From: Piedraia hortae CBS 480.64
Lineage: Eukaryota
DNA: 64,000 nucleotides
Assembly: GCA_010093745.1 (NCBI GenBank)
Contig: MU005959.1
Location: 1-64,000, forward strand
Direction: 5' to 3'
The notes under the pieces are model-generated. The model was not told the DNA's origin. It ran no database searches and worked only from the letters and a program-made list of their open reading frames with translations. Of the stretch, positions 48,471-61,200 are shown one piece after another. Made by a program: the position numbers and the translations under genes. Every line of letters begins with the position of its first letter. The first letter of the stretch is position 1.

Positions 48471-49205
48471 TCACCAGTCTATACTGGCCAAAACTTCTTC
48501 CTCAGCTGCAAAGTCATCTATTGGCTGATGTTGCTGCGGGGCACTGGACTCATCGCGCATAAAAGCTTCGAGATCGTCCTCTTCCTCGATTGGAACTCTG
48601 GATTTAGGTGGCTGCACTACATCCACTGGTTCACCGGTAAAGAGGTCCTCATCAGCCATTAACGCACCCAGATCGTCAGTGTCAAGCGTTGAATTGCGGG
48701 CTTGTTGCTGTTCCTGATTTTCTTCACTGTTTGTTGCCGCAAGTTGGTCGTCCACCTGATCCAAACTAGTCTCTCGTCGTCCAGATTTGGTCGCATCTAT
48801 CCACTCCTTCCTCATTACCTTTAGGCGTTTACTATGGCCCAATTTTTCGATAGTTTCCAGACCATCCCGGAACTTGGCACGCGGATAGAGGTCGTCTAGC
48901 CAGAGTTGGTACATGTCCAGGAGCCGAGACATGTCCGTGAACTCGTGGCCTTTGCCCTTGAACTTGAGAGATTTCCGTGACACTTGCCGCAGTCTGGCCA
49001 CGCCTGGATCGGAGAGAAGCCGTGCCTCGTCAAGCTTGGGAATAGGTTTGCGCTTCTTGCGCACTTGTACTTCAGCGTCCACATCTGCTGGGGGATCGGC
49101 CGGAGCAACCGAGTCTCCTCCAGCTGGTGCGGCTGGAGGCGGCGGTGGAAGGTCACGAAGAAAATCTTCGATTTCGAGATCATATTCGCCAATATCAGTA
49201 GCCAT
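48471..49205 (-). CDS. CSM3: Replication fork protection subunit Csm3/Swi3 (Tipin)
   Basis: PKLDEARLLS..KFKGKGHEFTDMSRLLDMYQLWLDDLYPRAKF..IEKLGH (Swi3 domain). Confidence 0.92.
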   Translation of the reverse strand: MATDIGEYDLEIEDFLRDLPPPPPAAPAGGDSVAPADPPADVDAEVQVRKKRKPIPKLDEARLLSDPGVARLRQVSRKSLKFKGKGHEFTDMSRLLDMYQLWLDDLYPRAKFRDGLETIEKLGHSKRLKVMRKEWIDATKSGRRETSLDQVDDQLAATNSEENQEQQQARNSTLDTDDLGALMADEDLFTGEPVDVVQPPKSRVPIEEEDDLEAFMRDESSAPQQHQPIDDFAAEEEVLASIDW

Positions 49206-49228
49206 TTTGCTGGACGAGAGACGAGAAG

Positions 49229-49299
49229 ACGCGTACAACTGATGAGACGCGTAGCAACGCGTAGAGTGAAGTCGCGCAGAAGGCGCGTGGAAGACGCGT
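49229..49299. promoter_or_regulatory. Four perfect MCB elements (ACGCGT)
   Basis: ACGCGT at 49229, 49247, 49257 and 49294, directly upstream of the CSM3 ATG. Confidence 0.75.
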
Positions 49300-49410
49300 C
49301 GAATTCTCCCATGTGAAATGTGAAAGTGTGACATCTTGTGACATGCGCCGACTGTCACCCAACAACGCCCAAACTCGCCTTTATCCAAAAACGTCATAAA
49401 CCACAGTGCA

Positions 49411-51027
49411 ATGTCCATAGACACGGCAACAGAATTACCGGCAGTTGCGCAAGTCATCCAGCGGCTTCGCGCGCTGTTAGACAAGGCGGAAAGGATCAAG
49501 AGCGAAACGACAGTGGAACCGGCCTTGCCAGTGGCCGAATTTGTGACAGAGATCGATGACTTATGGGAGGACCTAGAAGATGAAGAGGCCAACTTCAAAC
49601 TCAATGCCACAGAGGTGGCGGCGCGGAAGGTGTTTAATGAGCTATTGGCGGCGGCGCGAATCGATGAACCGGCGTTTGTAAGAGTCTGGAATCTGCTGGA
49701 CCTCACCATCATGTGCGCCGACCAGGCAATGTGCGAACCGGCCCTTACCTGTCACCTTATTGAGGAGCTCCTGGACAGCCAGACCACAACAGATTGTCGC
49801 ACAGTTTTCGACTATCTTGAATCGCGCACTGCCCGGTTGGCGGCGCGAGATTTCCAGAAGAAGCATCTTCCTTTCCTACGCTCATGCAACGAACTTCTTC
49901 GCCGCCTTAGCAAGGCCGAAGATGCCATTTTCTGCGGTCGTATCTTCTTCTTTCTCTTCCACACGTTCCCCCTGGGAGATAAGAGCTCCGTCAACTTGCG
50001 TGGGGAGTTCCATGTAGAGAACAAGACCGAATTCGACCAAGACGAATCAGACGGCTCATTTTATTCGCTCTTCTGGTCTTTGCAGCAAGACTTTTCCGAG
50101 CCTGTCCGCCTTTTTCAGCCAAGCCATTTTGATCGCTTCAAAAAGGGGCTTATGCGCACACTAGAAACGTTCAAAGAGACACCAACTGTGGTTCAGACAG
50201 TAAATGAGAACGGTCCACGTGGAATCAAACGAAAGCGAGAAGATAATGATGTTTTTTCACCGTTGGAAACTTATAACCCAAGGTACCTTACCAGCCGCGA
50301 TCTCTTCAGCCTTGAGCTCGCAGATTTGGGATTTCAACGCCACATCATGGTGCAGGGGCTCATCCTTCTTGATTTTCTACTGTCTCTATCATCAGACGCC
50401 AAGGCACGACTGCCAGAGCCAAAGAATAAGCCTCTCAAGTATGCCTACACTTTGAGTGAAGGAGATGCTCAATGGTGCACAGAAACTCGCAAGGCCATAA
50501 CGGACTACATGCAACAGGTGCCTTATGCTGCTAGTGGACGTTTCTACCACAGGATGGTTGAAACCATCTTGTCTCGGGACCGTAACTGGGTACGCTGGAA
50601 ACTGGAGAGCTGTCCGAGCATCGTGCAGGAGCCAGTCGACGTAGACGCTCAAAATGAAGCCTGGGCGAGCATGCGTAGGCTATCGAAGCCCCGGCGTGCA
50701 CTGCCAAATTCTACTGATTTTTCATTTCTGGAGGGAAATGGCGGTGGGCTAGAGCCTCTACGAGCACATGAGCGATATGGGGAGCCGCCAACGGAGGAAC
50801 TAGTCAATCGGCTCAAAGGAGCGCGTCTTGACTTGGAAATGGCAACCGAAGAGGAAGCTGGGTCTCTAGAAACGGAAATCGCAACGACAAGCTGGAGCAT
50901 CTTGCGACGCTTGCGAGCAACGGATTTGGACAAGCTTAACAAGGGGAACCCTACCGAGGTCGAGAAGCTCTTCACACACGAGGACGAAGGGCACGAGGAT
51001 GAGGAAGCTGCGACAGGCACATCGTAA
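49411..51027 (+). CDS. THO complex subunit 1 (THOC1/Hpr1)
   Basis: LIEELLDSQT, FLRSCNELLRRLSKAEDAIFCGRI, FPLGDKSSVNLRGEFHVENKT, YLTSRDLF, NWVRWK. Confidence 0.9.
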   Translation: MSIDTATELPAVAQVIQRLRALLDKAERIKSETTVEPALPVAEFVTEIDDLWEDLEDEEANFKLNATEVAARKVFNELLAAARIDEPAFVRVWNLLDLTIMCADQAMCEPALTCHLIEELLDSQTTTDCRTVFDYLESRTARLAARDFQKKHLPFLRSCNELLRRLSKAEDAIFCGRIFFFLFHTFPLGDKSSVNLRGEFHVENKTEFDQDESDGSFYSLFWSLQQDFSEPVRLFQPSHFDRFKKGLMRTLETFKETPTVVQTVNENGPRGIKRKREDNDVFSPLETYNPRYLTSRDLFSLELADLGFQRHIMVQGLILLDFLLSLSSDAKARLPEPKNKPLKYAYTLSEGDAQWCTETRKAITDYMQQVPYAASGRFYHRMVETILSRDRNWVRWKLESCPSIVQEPVDVDAQNEAWASMRRLSKPRRALPNSTDFSFLEGNGGGLEPLRAHERYGEPPTEELVNRLKGARLDLEMATEEEAGSLETEIATTSWSILRRLRATDLDKLNKGNPTEVEKLFTHEDEGHEDEEAATGTS

Positions 51028-53357
51028 TTTTCCAGCCTGCCATCGGCATCACATCTAACCGACACACCGAGTGCCGACTTGCGATTTGGCTTCGATGCGT
51101 GAAGGCATTCTATACTCGATGTACATGTAAGATGCTTGTGACTAACTGGACATACTTGAGTATTGTTGAAAGACAGGTCTCTATGCTCTACCTAGTCCAT
51201 GGTATACCCCTAGCCTGAATAGCTACCATATTAAGAAATTCTGAATTGGCGGAACGTACCAGAGCTGAATGCTACATTGACCTATGATACCTGTCAGATG
51301 AAGATTTCAGCCTCCACGGATAAGATTCCGAGAATGGAGAACGTTTCCGTTCCTACAGCTGGAAGATTTCGAGCGTGAACGTTCTAATGCAGGGCTCATG
51401 GCACTGGTCAGGCAAGAAAATGAGGATGCTGGCACAGGGTCAGGATCCGGCACACTGGGTTGCGGTCAGGACGGTGTAACAAGGCTTCACGAAGATCCGA
51501 AGCTGTCCAAAAACAACCATGACTAACATTAGCGCACATCATTCACGGGGACGAATGCTGCACAATCTTGGGTGCTGCAGGCAAACTACTATTTCTACCG
51601 CATAAGCAAATGCAATGCGACTTCGTCATTAGGCAGATGAGCTGCAAAGAGTCGGAGTGTGATAACACCGACAGTCTGGTACAGATTAAGTCCCACATTA
51701 GAAGGTCCCCCTGGACAGGCACAGGGGTCCGTAGGGTGGTCAGATCATCGATTTAGCTCAAACCTCTCTTCATGGCTGCTGCAACCGCCCAGTAAGCAGA
51801 TCTGGCTGATCGGAAAGAGGCGCTCGCGCAAGATTTAACTAGGCGTTGCGTGCGCAGAAGAAGCACCCTGTGAATCAAGGCTTATCTTCCAAAAGTGGCT
51901 GAGAATTGCCTAAAACGGATACAACTTCCGAGCTAACAGGCCGTGGCACAATCAGGATGAGCGTGACAGCTCTGACGGGGAATTAACTACGGGAAGATGG
52001 CGAAGAACCGGGTTACATGCCCTACGATCGGTACAGCGCCGGAGAGTTTTTGATTGATTTCGTCCTCGTGGCGAGACGCACGTACCTACAGACGCAACGC
52101 AACGCGAATGCCAACGTTTCATGTCGCGCCCACGCGCTACGGCCCGCACCGCCAACCCGTGCGGGTTGAACAATCACCGATAAGCGGAGTCAAGCTTTCA
52201 CCGGCTGTCTCGACAGCCAGGCCCTACAGTGGCGGTGGGGAAGGCACAACGGGCAAAGAGAGGATCTGCAGCGGCGGCGGCACCCGTCGACAATGGTGGC
52301 GCAGATGAGATGGGCGGGGGCAGCAGATCAGAAAGCAATGGCGGACGCATGCGTCCTTACTTTTTTTCCTTGCGACCATTATGCTGGGCTGAAAAAGGCA
52401 TCATGCAACATCACGTGGCGGTGCGGCTAGAAGTTCACGTGCATTGGGTTCACGTGCAGGTTGTTGACGTGCACCGCCGAAGCGTTGGCCCGTTGTGGCG
52501 ATCAAACCAATTTCGCCGAGGGTTTGGGGTCGAGGAAGGTGCGACGAACCAGGATGTTCAAAGGATTCACGTGAGGAAGTTGCTGACTCCAAAAAATGAC
52601 AGACTTCACGAGGTGGGATATTGTCAAAACAAAAATCTGCGCAAACGCATCCTTCGCGGGTGTGGAGACGACTGCGCTTCCGTCCACGTTGCGCCGCGTG
52701 CCACACGTGCCACGCTTGGCGATCGGCCGGGCCAAGCCGCTTTGACGGCACTGCCCTGTCACTACGGCAGAGCCATGGTCAACATCCCGTTCACCGCTGA
52801 AGGGCCAGCGGCGGCCGCCACTCCGAGAGACCTGCTATCTTTCTAACCCATGACAAGCCCGGCTGACGGGCGAAAATCAAGATAATGGCGGCCTCTGATT
52901 CGGCGGTTGCGAGGTCCCTTTTCTGCTGCTCAATACCGGACCTTGGCATTCAAGGAACTTGCCGCCGCGGGGCCGGCCGACTCAATTTGTCGCGCATCAC
53001 CTGGAAGCCCGCCCCCTCCCCACTCTTCCCTTACCCCCAGTCGCTCTCCCACTTGACATTTTCCCGTGAGCCTGAATTGCGCGAGCTATCCGGCCATTAA
53101 GGTCCCTCTTCCCCACCCCCTAAGATTTCACCCCCAACGACCCATCTGTTTCCGTGGGTGTTTGGAAGGAGGAATCATTGCTCCAACTTCCAACCATTAC
53201 CCCCAGCCTGGTCTCACTTTTGCCTCGAGAGATCCTCGCTGCTATAGCTAGCAAGCTTTCGGCCATTTACTCACTTGACCAATTCACATGACCCGCCCTT
53301 GCGGATCACTGCTGTCACTGATTTCTCCGGCGCATTTGGGGCGGCGGTAAAACCGTC

Positions 53358-54957
53358 ATGCGCGTAACGGGTCAGGTTGTCGAGCTCCAGTCACTCACAC
53401 CGGCCACATCAACGGGTATGTCTCGCCGCCCGTTCGACTGCGCCAGCCTCGTTCTGACGCCCACCTTCGACAGGTTTCCTTTTCTGCCAATGACCGGAGC
53501 CAAGGTTGCTGTGCCCTTGTCCCCTCCCTGCTCCCCGCACATGTCGGACGCGGAGGCGAAGATTGGCGAATACCACTGGCAGCATGCGCAGCACCACAAG
53601 CAATCTCACCAAGTTCAGCCGCAACAGCAGCAGCAGGAGCAGCAATATTCCTATAATGCGCCTGATAGGCGTCAGCTGCGAACCTATCGCAGTGCACCCT
53701 ATTCTCTTGTCGGGGCTGCAATGCGACCTACAAACAGCACTGGATCTGCACCTACTAGTCCAACAGAGCAGCTCACTCCAAATTCACCAGAAGCTGCCGA
53801 GGCCGCTGGTGAGGGGAGGAGTGGGGGAGTGGGTGTTGCCGGTGACGAGGAGGAAGCAGCAGCTCCATCGCGAGAGGGTGGGGGGCGCAGTGGTGCGAGA
53901 CGAACGATGAAACGTTTCAGACTCACCCACAACCAAACACGGTTTCTGATGAGTGAGTTTGCACGACAATCGCATCCAGATGCCGAACATCGGGAGCGAC
54001 TTTCACGCGAGATACCTGGGTTAAGTCCTCGTCAAGTGCAAGTTTGGTTTCAGAATCGCCGTGCAAAATTAAAGCGATTAACAACAGACGACCGCGAGCG
54101 TGTTATGCGTTCGCGCGCGCTGCCAGCTAATTTTGACATGAGCCAGGCCCTGCATTCGCCGTTTGGGCCTCCATCCCACATGGGACCTCCGGGCCCCCCT
54201 CAGCCTGGTCCTCCTGCGCATGCGGGCTTGCCGCTGCCGGCGCCGCCACCCTCTTCTTACACAGCTGCCTACGGCGAAGCAGGATCTTCACGAACCCTCA
54301 CTCTTGACACGCAGCGACGTGGTTCAGATTACGAAAGCTACGGCACTCCGAACTATGGGATTAGCCCTGGCCTTGGCGGCTTCTCCTTCACTCCGCCGCA
54401 TTCCGCCAATGATGCTATTTCCCCCGGTTCGACTGCCAGCGGTGTACCCACATATGCCTACTCGGCAGTTGAGAGCCCCCGAAGAGGCTCTTTTGTTCCC
54501 CTCACGGGGCGACCCTATGTGCCAGACAGGCCAAGACCGCTGAACGAGTCGGCGTGGACATCACTCCGGACTAGCATGTCGTACGCGAATGAAGCAGCTG
54601 GAGTGCCTGCCCCATCTTACCCCGTCTATTCATGTGAGTAGCCTTCCGCATCTACCTATGCCCTTTGACTAACGACTTATTCCAGATACCCACGCTACCC
54701 AACATCAGCAGCCATTAGAAAATTCGGCAGCAGCCTACAGGTCCGCTAGCGGACCGACTTTGGCCTCACTCACATACCCTCCCTCACAATCGGCCTACTC
54801 GACAGGATTCGGTGGCTTTCCACAACATCACCCACCTCAGTACTCCCCCGCAGGCCCCTCACCGACAGCGGCTCAATCGGCTTCCTACGGATCGCTAGTC
54901 GGCACCACCAGAGCCGAAGAGCCGGAGTCGGCTGACCTCACCGCAACATACCATTGA
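53358..54957 (+). CDS. Homeobox transcription factor
   Basis: Homeodomain KRFRLTHNQTRFLMSEF..LSPRQVQVWFQNRRAKLKR. Intron 54634-54685 joins the 54760-54957 frame. Start codon is uncertain. Confidence 0.88.
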
Positions 54958-55367
54958 TATCCCTCTCACCCAACTCATGATTTATTTTTTTTCGTTCTAT
55001 ATTGAACGGCAACTGTGTAAGATGGTGCCACACTGGGAGGGGGTGTATCGGGGCGTTTATAGTTTCCATCTTTCCTTTTTTCCCCAAAAGGAGAGACAAA
55101 CGGAGGTGTCTTGAATGGGGTTTTTATATTAAGAGAAGAAAAGAGAAGAAACTTTCTTTTTTTTTCTAATCATGTCCTTTTTGAGGGTAGGAAAATTTTA
55201 TACCAATTGATTTTGGAAGCTCTACTATTAACATGGGTGGGTGTATTGATAGCGTAGATCTTATAATGGTTTGTTATGGAATCATAGCAGTGGAGTGTTA
55301 AGACTCCAAACGTGCGTGACGGGTTACGTGGTGAGACCATCTCGTTAGTGAGGAGCTAGTTGTTGCC

Positions 55368-55393
55368 TTTTTTTTTTTTTTTTTTTTTTTTTT
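55368..55393. repeat. Poly(T) tract (~26 nt)
   Basis: Homopolymer run. Confidence 0.9.
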
Positions 55394-56329
55394 GGGTGGG
55401 GGAGATGCATTATGCAAGATGCAGGTCGCTGGTGGACTGGAGTGTCTGCTCTCTGCAGTTTTCCCCACCCGATTCGTCTCGGCCATCGTTGGCAGTCCTT
55501 ACTCGCTCCCGACTGGGGGATTGGGATGTGATCTGTGTTGATGGGTTAGAGGGGAAGGCTATTTTTGGGAAGGGAATGTTCTTGTCAATGAGGCGGCTGG
55601 AGAGGGGGGAGCACGTCAAAAGTGCGTATCATGGAAGAAGTGTACGGAAAACGCATTGCGAGTCACTCCGTGCGCGATAATGAGGTTGATACGGTCAAAT
55701 ATTGGATATAGCGGACGCTGGAGAGCGGATTCCTCTATAGTGGAGTTTCAGTAGTCTCACTCCCTTGTAGGTGTACTTCAATACATCCAGCGGATCCATT
55801 GGCATGACGGACAAAATTCGCGTGCTAGATTGATTGTGTGAGCAGGGTCGACTGTGTGGACTGTGTCGATGACCATGATGTAGGGATGTTTTCTTAGTGA
55901 AAAGACACTCGTTGGCTGGGCGGGACAATGTTTCCCCATCGTATAGGGATGGTTCATGCGTTTACTAACGCTTTTCGTGGAAAGGTTTACCGTGTCTTGA
56001 GCTGAGAAATGCCAGGTGTCTGCTCAAACTGCAGGGAAGTTTTACTGCGGATTGTGTTACGGTTGTAGGACCATACTGTACCGTACACTCGTACAGTTTG
56101 CACGGTTTCTCAGGTTATGTTGTCAGACACTTAGGCTGCGCCTTGGGGGTCGAGTAGTATTAGTGGTAGTTCTATCTACACAGCTATTGGGGTAGTCAGA
56201 GTAAATTTCCATATGGAATGGATGAATCGAATCTACGCAAGTGGAGAGGACCTGGCTTGTTGGATAAACTCATTGGAGGTGTCGTTCAGATGGCTGGGTT
56301 GATGGACGGCCATAGGATATACAAGGGAT

Positions 56330-56595
56330 CTTCTTTCGAGGTCCTTCCTGTATCTTCGAGCTTCGTCCAGATTTGTCCAGTTCGTCAGACTTTGCCAGGA
56401 TTGATGCTTTTCAAGGGTTTTCGAGATTTTTTGAGCTTGTTCGAACTTCGTCGAACTTCGACAAGATTCTTTGAGTTTCGTGGTGCTTCTTCAAGCTTCG
56501 TCACAATTCTTCGAGTTTCTTCGAGCTTCCTTGGTCTTCTTCAAGACCTTTTGGGATTCTTTGCGAGGTTTCGAGATTCGTGAATTTCTGCGATT
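56330..56595. repeat. Degenerate ~10-nt TTCGAG(C/T)TTC-type repeat
   Basis: Many copies, e.g. ttcgagcttc, ttcgaacttc, ttcaagcttc, ttcgagtttc, ttcgagattc. Confidence 0.6.
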
Positions 56596-58249
56596 CGGTG
56601 TAGGGGTACCAGGAATGGAAGCAAACCCACATGGCGTGTGTTGTGGTTTCCTTTGCCTGGGATGTCTGCTTTGGACATCTCCACCCTTGGCATAGAGGTT
56701 CCTTGGTATGTACTAGTTGTTCAAAATTTTTGAGAGTATGGACAAGTCAATCGATTGTAAAATCTCTTTCTACGCTCAACGCGGTACATTGTCACCAATC
56801 ATTCGAGAAAGGTACCGATTTTCGTACTCAGTGAGGGAGAAGGGTTGATGTGTGAGCCTGGTTTTCTAATCAGCCAATCAGACGGAGCCGTCACAAACTC
56901 GCCTTACTGCACTATACCTATACTGGTTTAGAGGCGGGCAATGATTGGTCGGGACGGGTTCCGGGGTTTGAATAGACATGCGAATTAGCGATCGACCCTT
57001 AGTCTCCAGTGGATACGGGTTCCATGGTTGTGGACTTCTTCTGATCTAGTGGCCAATCGGGTTTCAGAACTCAGTCGTATGTATGACCTACCTTCCACAG
57101 AAGCTAAACCGAAGGGGGGTAATTAGATCAGACATTCGACTCATCGCCCCATGGGGTCAAATTCCACATAGCGTTTGGAGAGGGGGGGATTAGAATTGTC
57201 GATTGGTTTGCATCTACAGAACTATTGCTCCCATTTAGTTCTCCAGTTTTCTATATTGAGAGGTAGTAGATGCCCATAACGAATTGATGGTTAAGAGGAT
57301 CAGTTCAGGTAGATTAAACCTAAAACTTAGGTCATCAGGGTACTTCTGCTGGAATTTACTAAGAGCACAAGAAGATTGCTAGCTTTATCCTGCATAAATG
57401 GTATCACGGATCTCCAACATGGATCGTGAATGTCATGCAAAAGTCAGAGGGCTTCGTGATCAGCGAATTGGGCCACTCAACCGAAAAGTTCACCCCAGAA
57501 AGATACAGCGGAGTCGGAAAAATGGGGCGGGCCGAACGGGCCGACGTGCTGCACTAGCGCCAACGTCGCGTCGCCGTTTGAGCGGTAAGGGATTGTTGTG
57601 AACGGCGGCGCGAACGGTTGCCATAATTCTACATGTGCATTTGAGACAAGCGTGTTTGATGCGCTGGCTCAACTTGTTTGATATGGGAATGCACCTTGGA
57701 CAAACAACATGGCAAACAGTTACAAGGCTGCCTGTGTTGCAGAGGGAGCATCACGTGCAGAATCGCGCACTTCTCCTCAGTAAAGTATCTAGATGGAGCG
57801 TTCTTGTGGTAGCAGTGAAGAGAAACGGTGAAGTAGCGACTCATGCACTGCTTGACCTTCACTCAGCAGAAGTGGGTTGATGGTGGGGCGAAGATCCAAC
57901 ATTGGTCAACCATTAGTCAATGGTGCGGTTGCTCCCGGGATTCCGGGACGCCCACCAACTCTCGCTTTTCTCTCCCCTTTTCTCCCGTGATTTCCAATTC
58001 ACTGCATCGCACTTAACCCGTGCCATCACATTTTTCAGCGTTGCATCCTCGTCCCTTGTGTGCACGCGCGCAAGTCAAGTTCGAGGCCACGCTCTACTCC
58101 CGTTTGTCTCCCCTTCCCCTGTGGCATTCTGCGTCTCCCAACTCTGTGCCGAGCCTCGAATTGCCACAATGTAAATTTTTACTAACTGCAACCCCCACCA
58201 GCGCTCACTCGTCACTCAACACGGGTGAACCACAGTCTTATACTACTAG

Positions 58250-61200
58250 ATGAACAGCGTCGCCCAGCCCGTCGCTTCCGATACCACTGCCCACGTCGCC
58301 CACGTCGCCGCGTCTACGACGGCCGCCCTGCCGGTGCAGCAGCCGGCCAGGTCGCAAGCGTCGCCAATCAAAACGGCGTCCCACACTTTATCCGACGCGG
58401 CGAGTGCCTCTGCTCAGAATGTCAAGCCCTCTGAGGCTCCCGTGAACGGGGGCGCGACATCTGTCGGGGGCGCTCGTCCGCACAACGTCGACCAGGCGCG
58501 CCAGCCGCACAGCCGCAAAACGTCGCTGGTCATCAGCGCCAACGGCATGACAGGCCACGCGCCTAACGGCCCGTCCATTGCCCCCGGTGCGCGGTCCAAC
58601 ATCCACTTTGGCGCCATGACTGAAGAAGCCACCCGTTATCAGCCGACGGCATCTGGTCTGCGTCCGCTGAGCAACCCGCGCCTTACCTCGCCCAGTCAGT
58701 CACCCTCTGCTCTTCCGATGCAGCCCATGGCCAGCGGCGGCCGTCCGCCCGCGATGCCTAACCAGAGCGCAGGGCCCATGTTTGGCCAGCTTGTCAATGG
58801 CGTACCTGTCCGTGGCCCCGACGACCATTCTCCAGAGGTCTCAATGCGCCCCCCGTCGATGCCAATGGATCACGGTTTGGGCCCAGTGCACGAGCGGCGC
58901 ACTTCTTCTCACAGTGAGATGAATATGAGGCCCGGCCTGCCTACGCAACAGGGTCGCCGTTTCCCCTCGCAGACACACAATCAGGTGACTACGCAGGGTT
59001 CCAACTTTCGCCCCTTAGGAACTCCGGGATCACGGCCCAACATCCCTCAGCAGATGAACGGTCCGTATGTTCGCCCGTCGGGCAGCCCGGCATCATTTCA
59101 GCGCCCGCAGCAGCACATGGGTCAAGGTTACAACTACCAACACATGCCACCCAATGTAGGTTCCCTGCTCCTTTCGTGCTATAGCATCGCAACTAACATT
59201 ACCCCGCAGATGATGCCCCCTTATGATGCTTTTGCTGGCGCCTATTACCCCTACTATCCCCAAGGCGGTCCGCCAATGAGCCCTCGGCCTAACTACCCGC
59301 ATGCTTACGCGGGAGGTCCCGGGCCAATGCAGCAGCCGTACCATCCCCCGGACATGTTGCGCAGTGGATCTCAAGGCTCACATCGCCCACCGTCACGCGT
59401 TGAGCAGCAACAGCTACCGACGTTGCCTCCACAGCAGTCCCCCCACGTGCCCTCGTCTGACCATGCACCTCTTGCGCCACAATTTGTCAAGGCGAAAAAG
59501 AACAACGCGATTGTAATCAAAGATCCAGAAGGCAATCCGCTAGACTTCTCAAAGGCCGGGTCATCTACCACCAGCGGGAGTAAGAAACCCCTAAATGGAA
59601 ACAAGACACCAGTGACTGCGTCAACGCCAGGCACCCAGGGCAACTCCGCTTCGGGCAACCAGCATCAGAGGACGGGCAGTCGCAGCGCGGCGGAAACTAA
59701 GAATGCTTTCCAGGAAGAAGTGAAGCGACGTATGCAGGAGCAGGCACAGTTGAATGCCAAGACCGATACTAGTGTCGAAAGCAAACCCATTGCCAATGTC
59801 GATACAGCTGTCAAGACGACCGATGTGGCAGTCAGTACTCCAGCAAACACCACTTCCGAAGCCGGCGAGGAACCAGCTAAGTTGTCGACTGACAAGCTTG
59901 CCGATAAGAAGCCGGCCGACGAGAAGTCTTCGGAAGAAAAGCCTGTTGATGCTAAGCCTGCGGTTGGAGCTGACGAGACCAAGGCTAAGTCTGAAGGCGC
60001 GACCGGTGAGTCGAAACTAGCTCCAGAAACGAAGGAGGCTTCATCCGAGGCAGACCAAAAGGTCGTGCTCAAGGACATCGACGAATCAAAAGGCAAAGTC
60101 AAAGCAGACGACGAACTCAAATCAGAGAAAGCTTCTGAAGTCCCATCAGTTCCTGAGGCCAAAAAGGACTCTCCTGTCGCCTCACCTGATACGAAGCCCG
60201 AGCCCTCAAAGGCCAAAGGCCACGAAGAAACCGACGAAGAACGCATGGAGCGTGAAATCGCTGAGATGGAGGCTGAGATGGAGGCAGCTGCGCGTGAAGA
60301 GGAAGAGCGCGAACGTGCTTTTAACGAAAAGAGGAAGCGCGAGGCCGAGGAGAAAGCAAGGATTGAGGCTGAGATGACTGGAGATGATGCGCTCAAGCGT
60401 TTGGAGCGCGAGGCCGAAGCACGCGAAGAGGAGCGTCTACGTGCTCGTCAAAATGGCGGCACAGTGGATACATCGGCCTTTGATGCCCTGAAAAAATCCG
60501 CGCTTGGCCCGGCCGCTTCTGCCAGCAATGACACCAAGGCCATGCCACCTCCACCTGCGCCAACAATATCGGGCACCAAACCCAAACCAGCTCATTTGAG
60601 ACTAGAGACTTCGACCCGAGTGGATGCCGGCGAACCGACCCCTGGCATGAAATCGGTTAGGACGTCTCGATTCTTGGAGATCAAAGAAGAGGCCCGGTAT
60701 CCAGAAGGCGTGCAATCGCCGAATCCAGCACAAAACGCCGGCAAGGGCCACGCGTACGATGCAGCTTTCTTGTTGCAGTTTCAGAACATCTTTACTGAGA
60801 AGCCTTCGGTTGACTGGGACCAAAAAGTCAGGGATACTCTTGGGCCAGGTGACTCAGGATCGTCGCGCGTGCAGTCTTCTAGAGGGGGACCCAGTATGTC
60901 GTCTAGGCAACCTTCAGCGCGATCAGCTTCCATGGCGACTCCGATGGGCCAGTTTGGCGGAAATGGGCGAACACTACCTTCAGGAACCACATCTCAGCAG
61001 CGTTTCCAAGCTGCAAAGGATTCACGCGGTCTAGGGATGACAGGTGGTCGTGTACCGAGCGCTGGCATGGGATCTTCAAGCATTAGCATGAGTAGGACAG
61101 GCTCAATGCCGACAGGCATGAGTGGCACCGGTACATCTAGGCAGGCCAGCTTACGTGGGCCCAAGGGAAGCAGCAGAAGAGGTGATCGGGGAAGCAAGAA

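Noticed and set aside
49206..49712. N-terminal extension of the 413-aa CSM3 ORF
   Set aside because: Antisense to THOC1 and runs through the MCB promoter; the real start is most likely 49205.
51568..53251. Several 60-205-aa ORFs upstream of the homeobox gene
   Set aside because: No recognisable domains or codon bias; more consistent with a long regulatory region of a developmental transcription factor.
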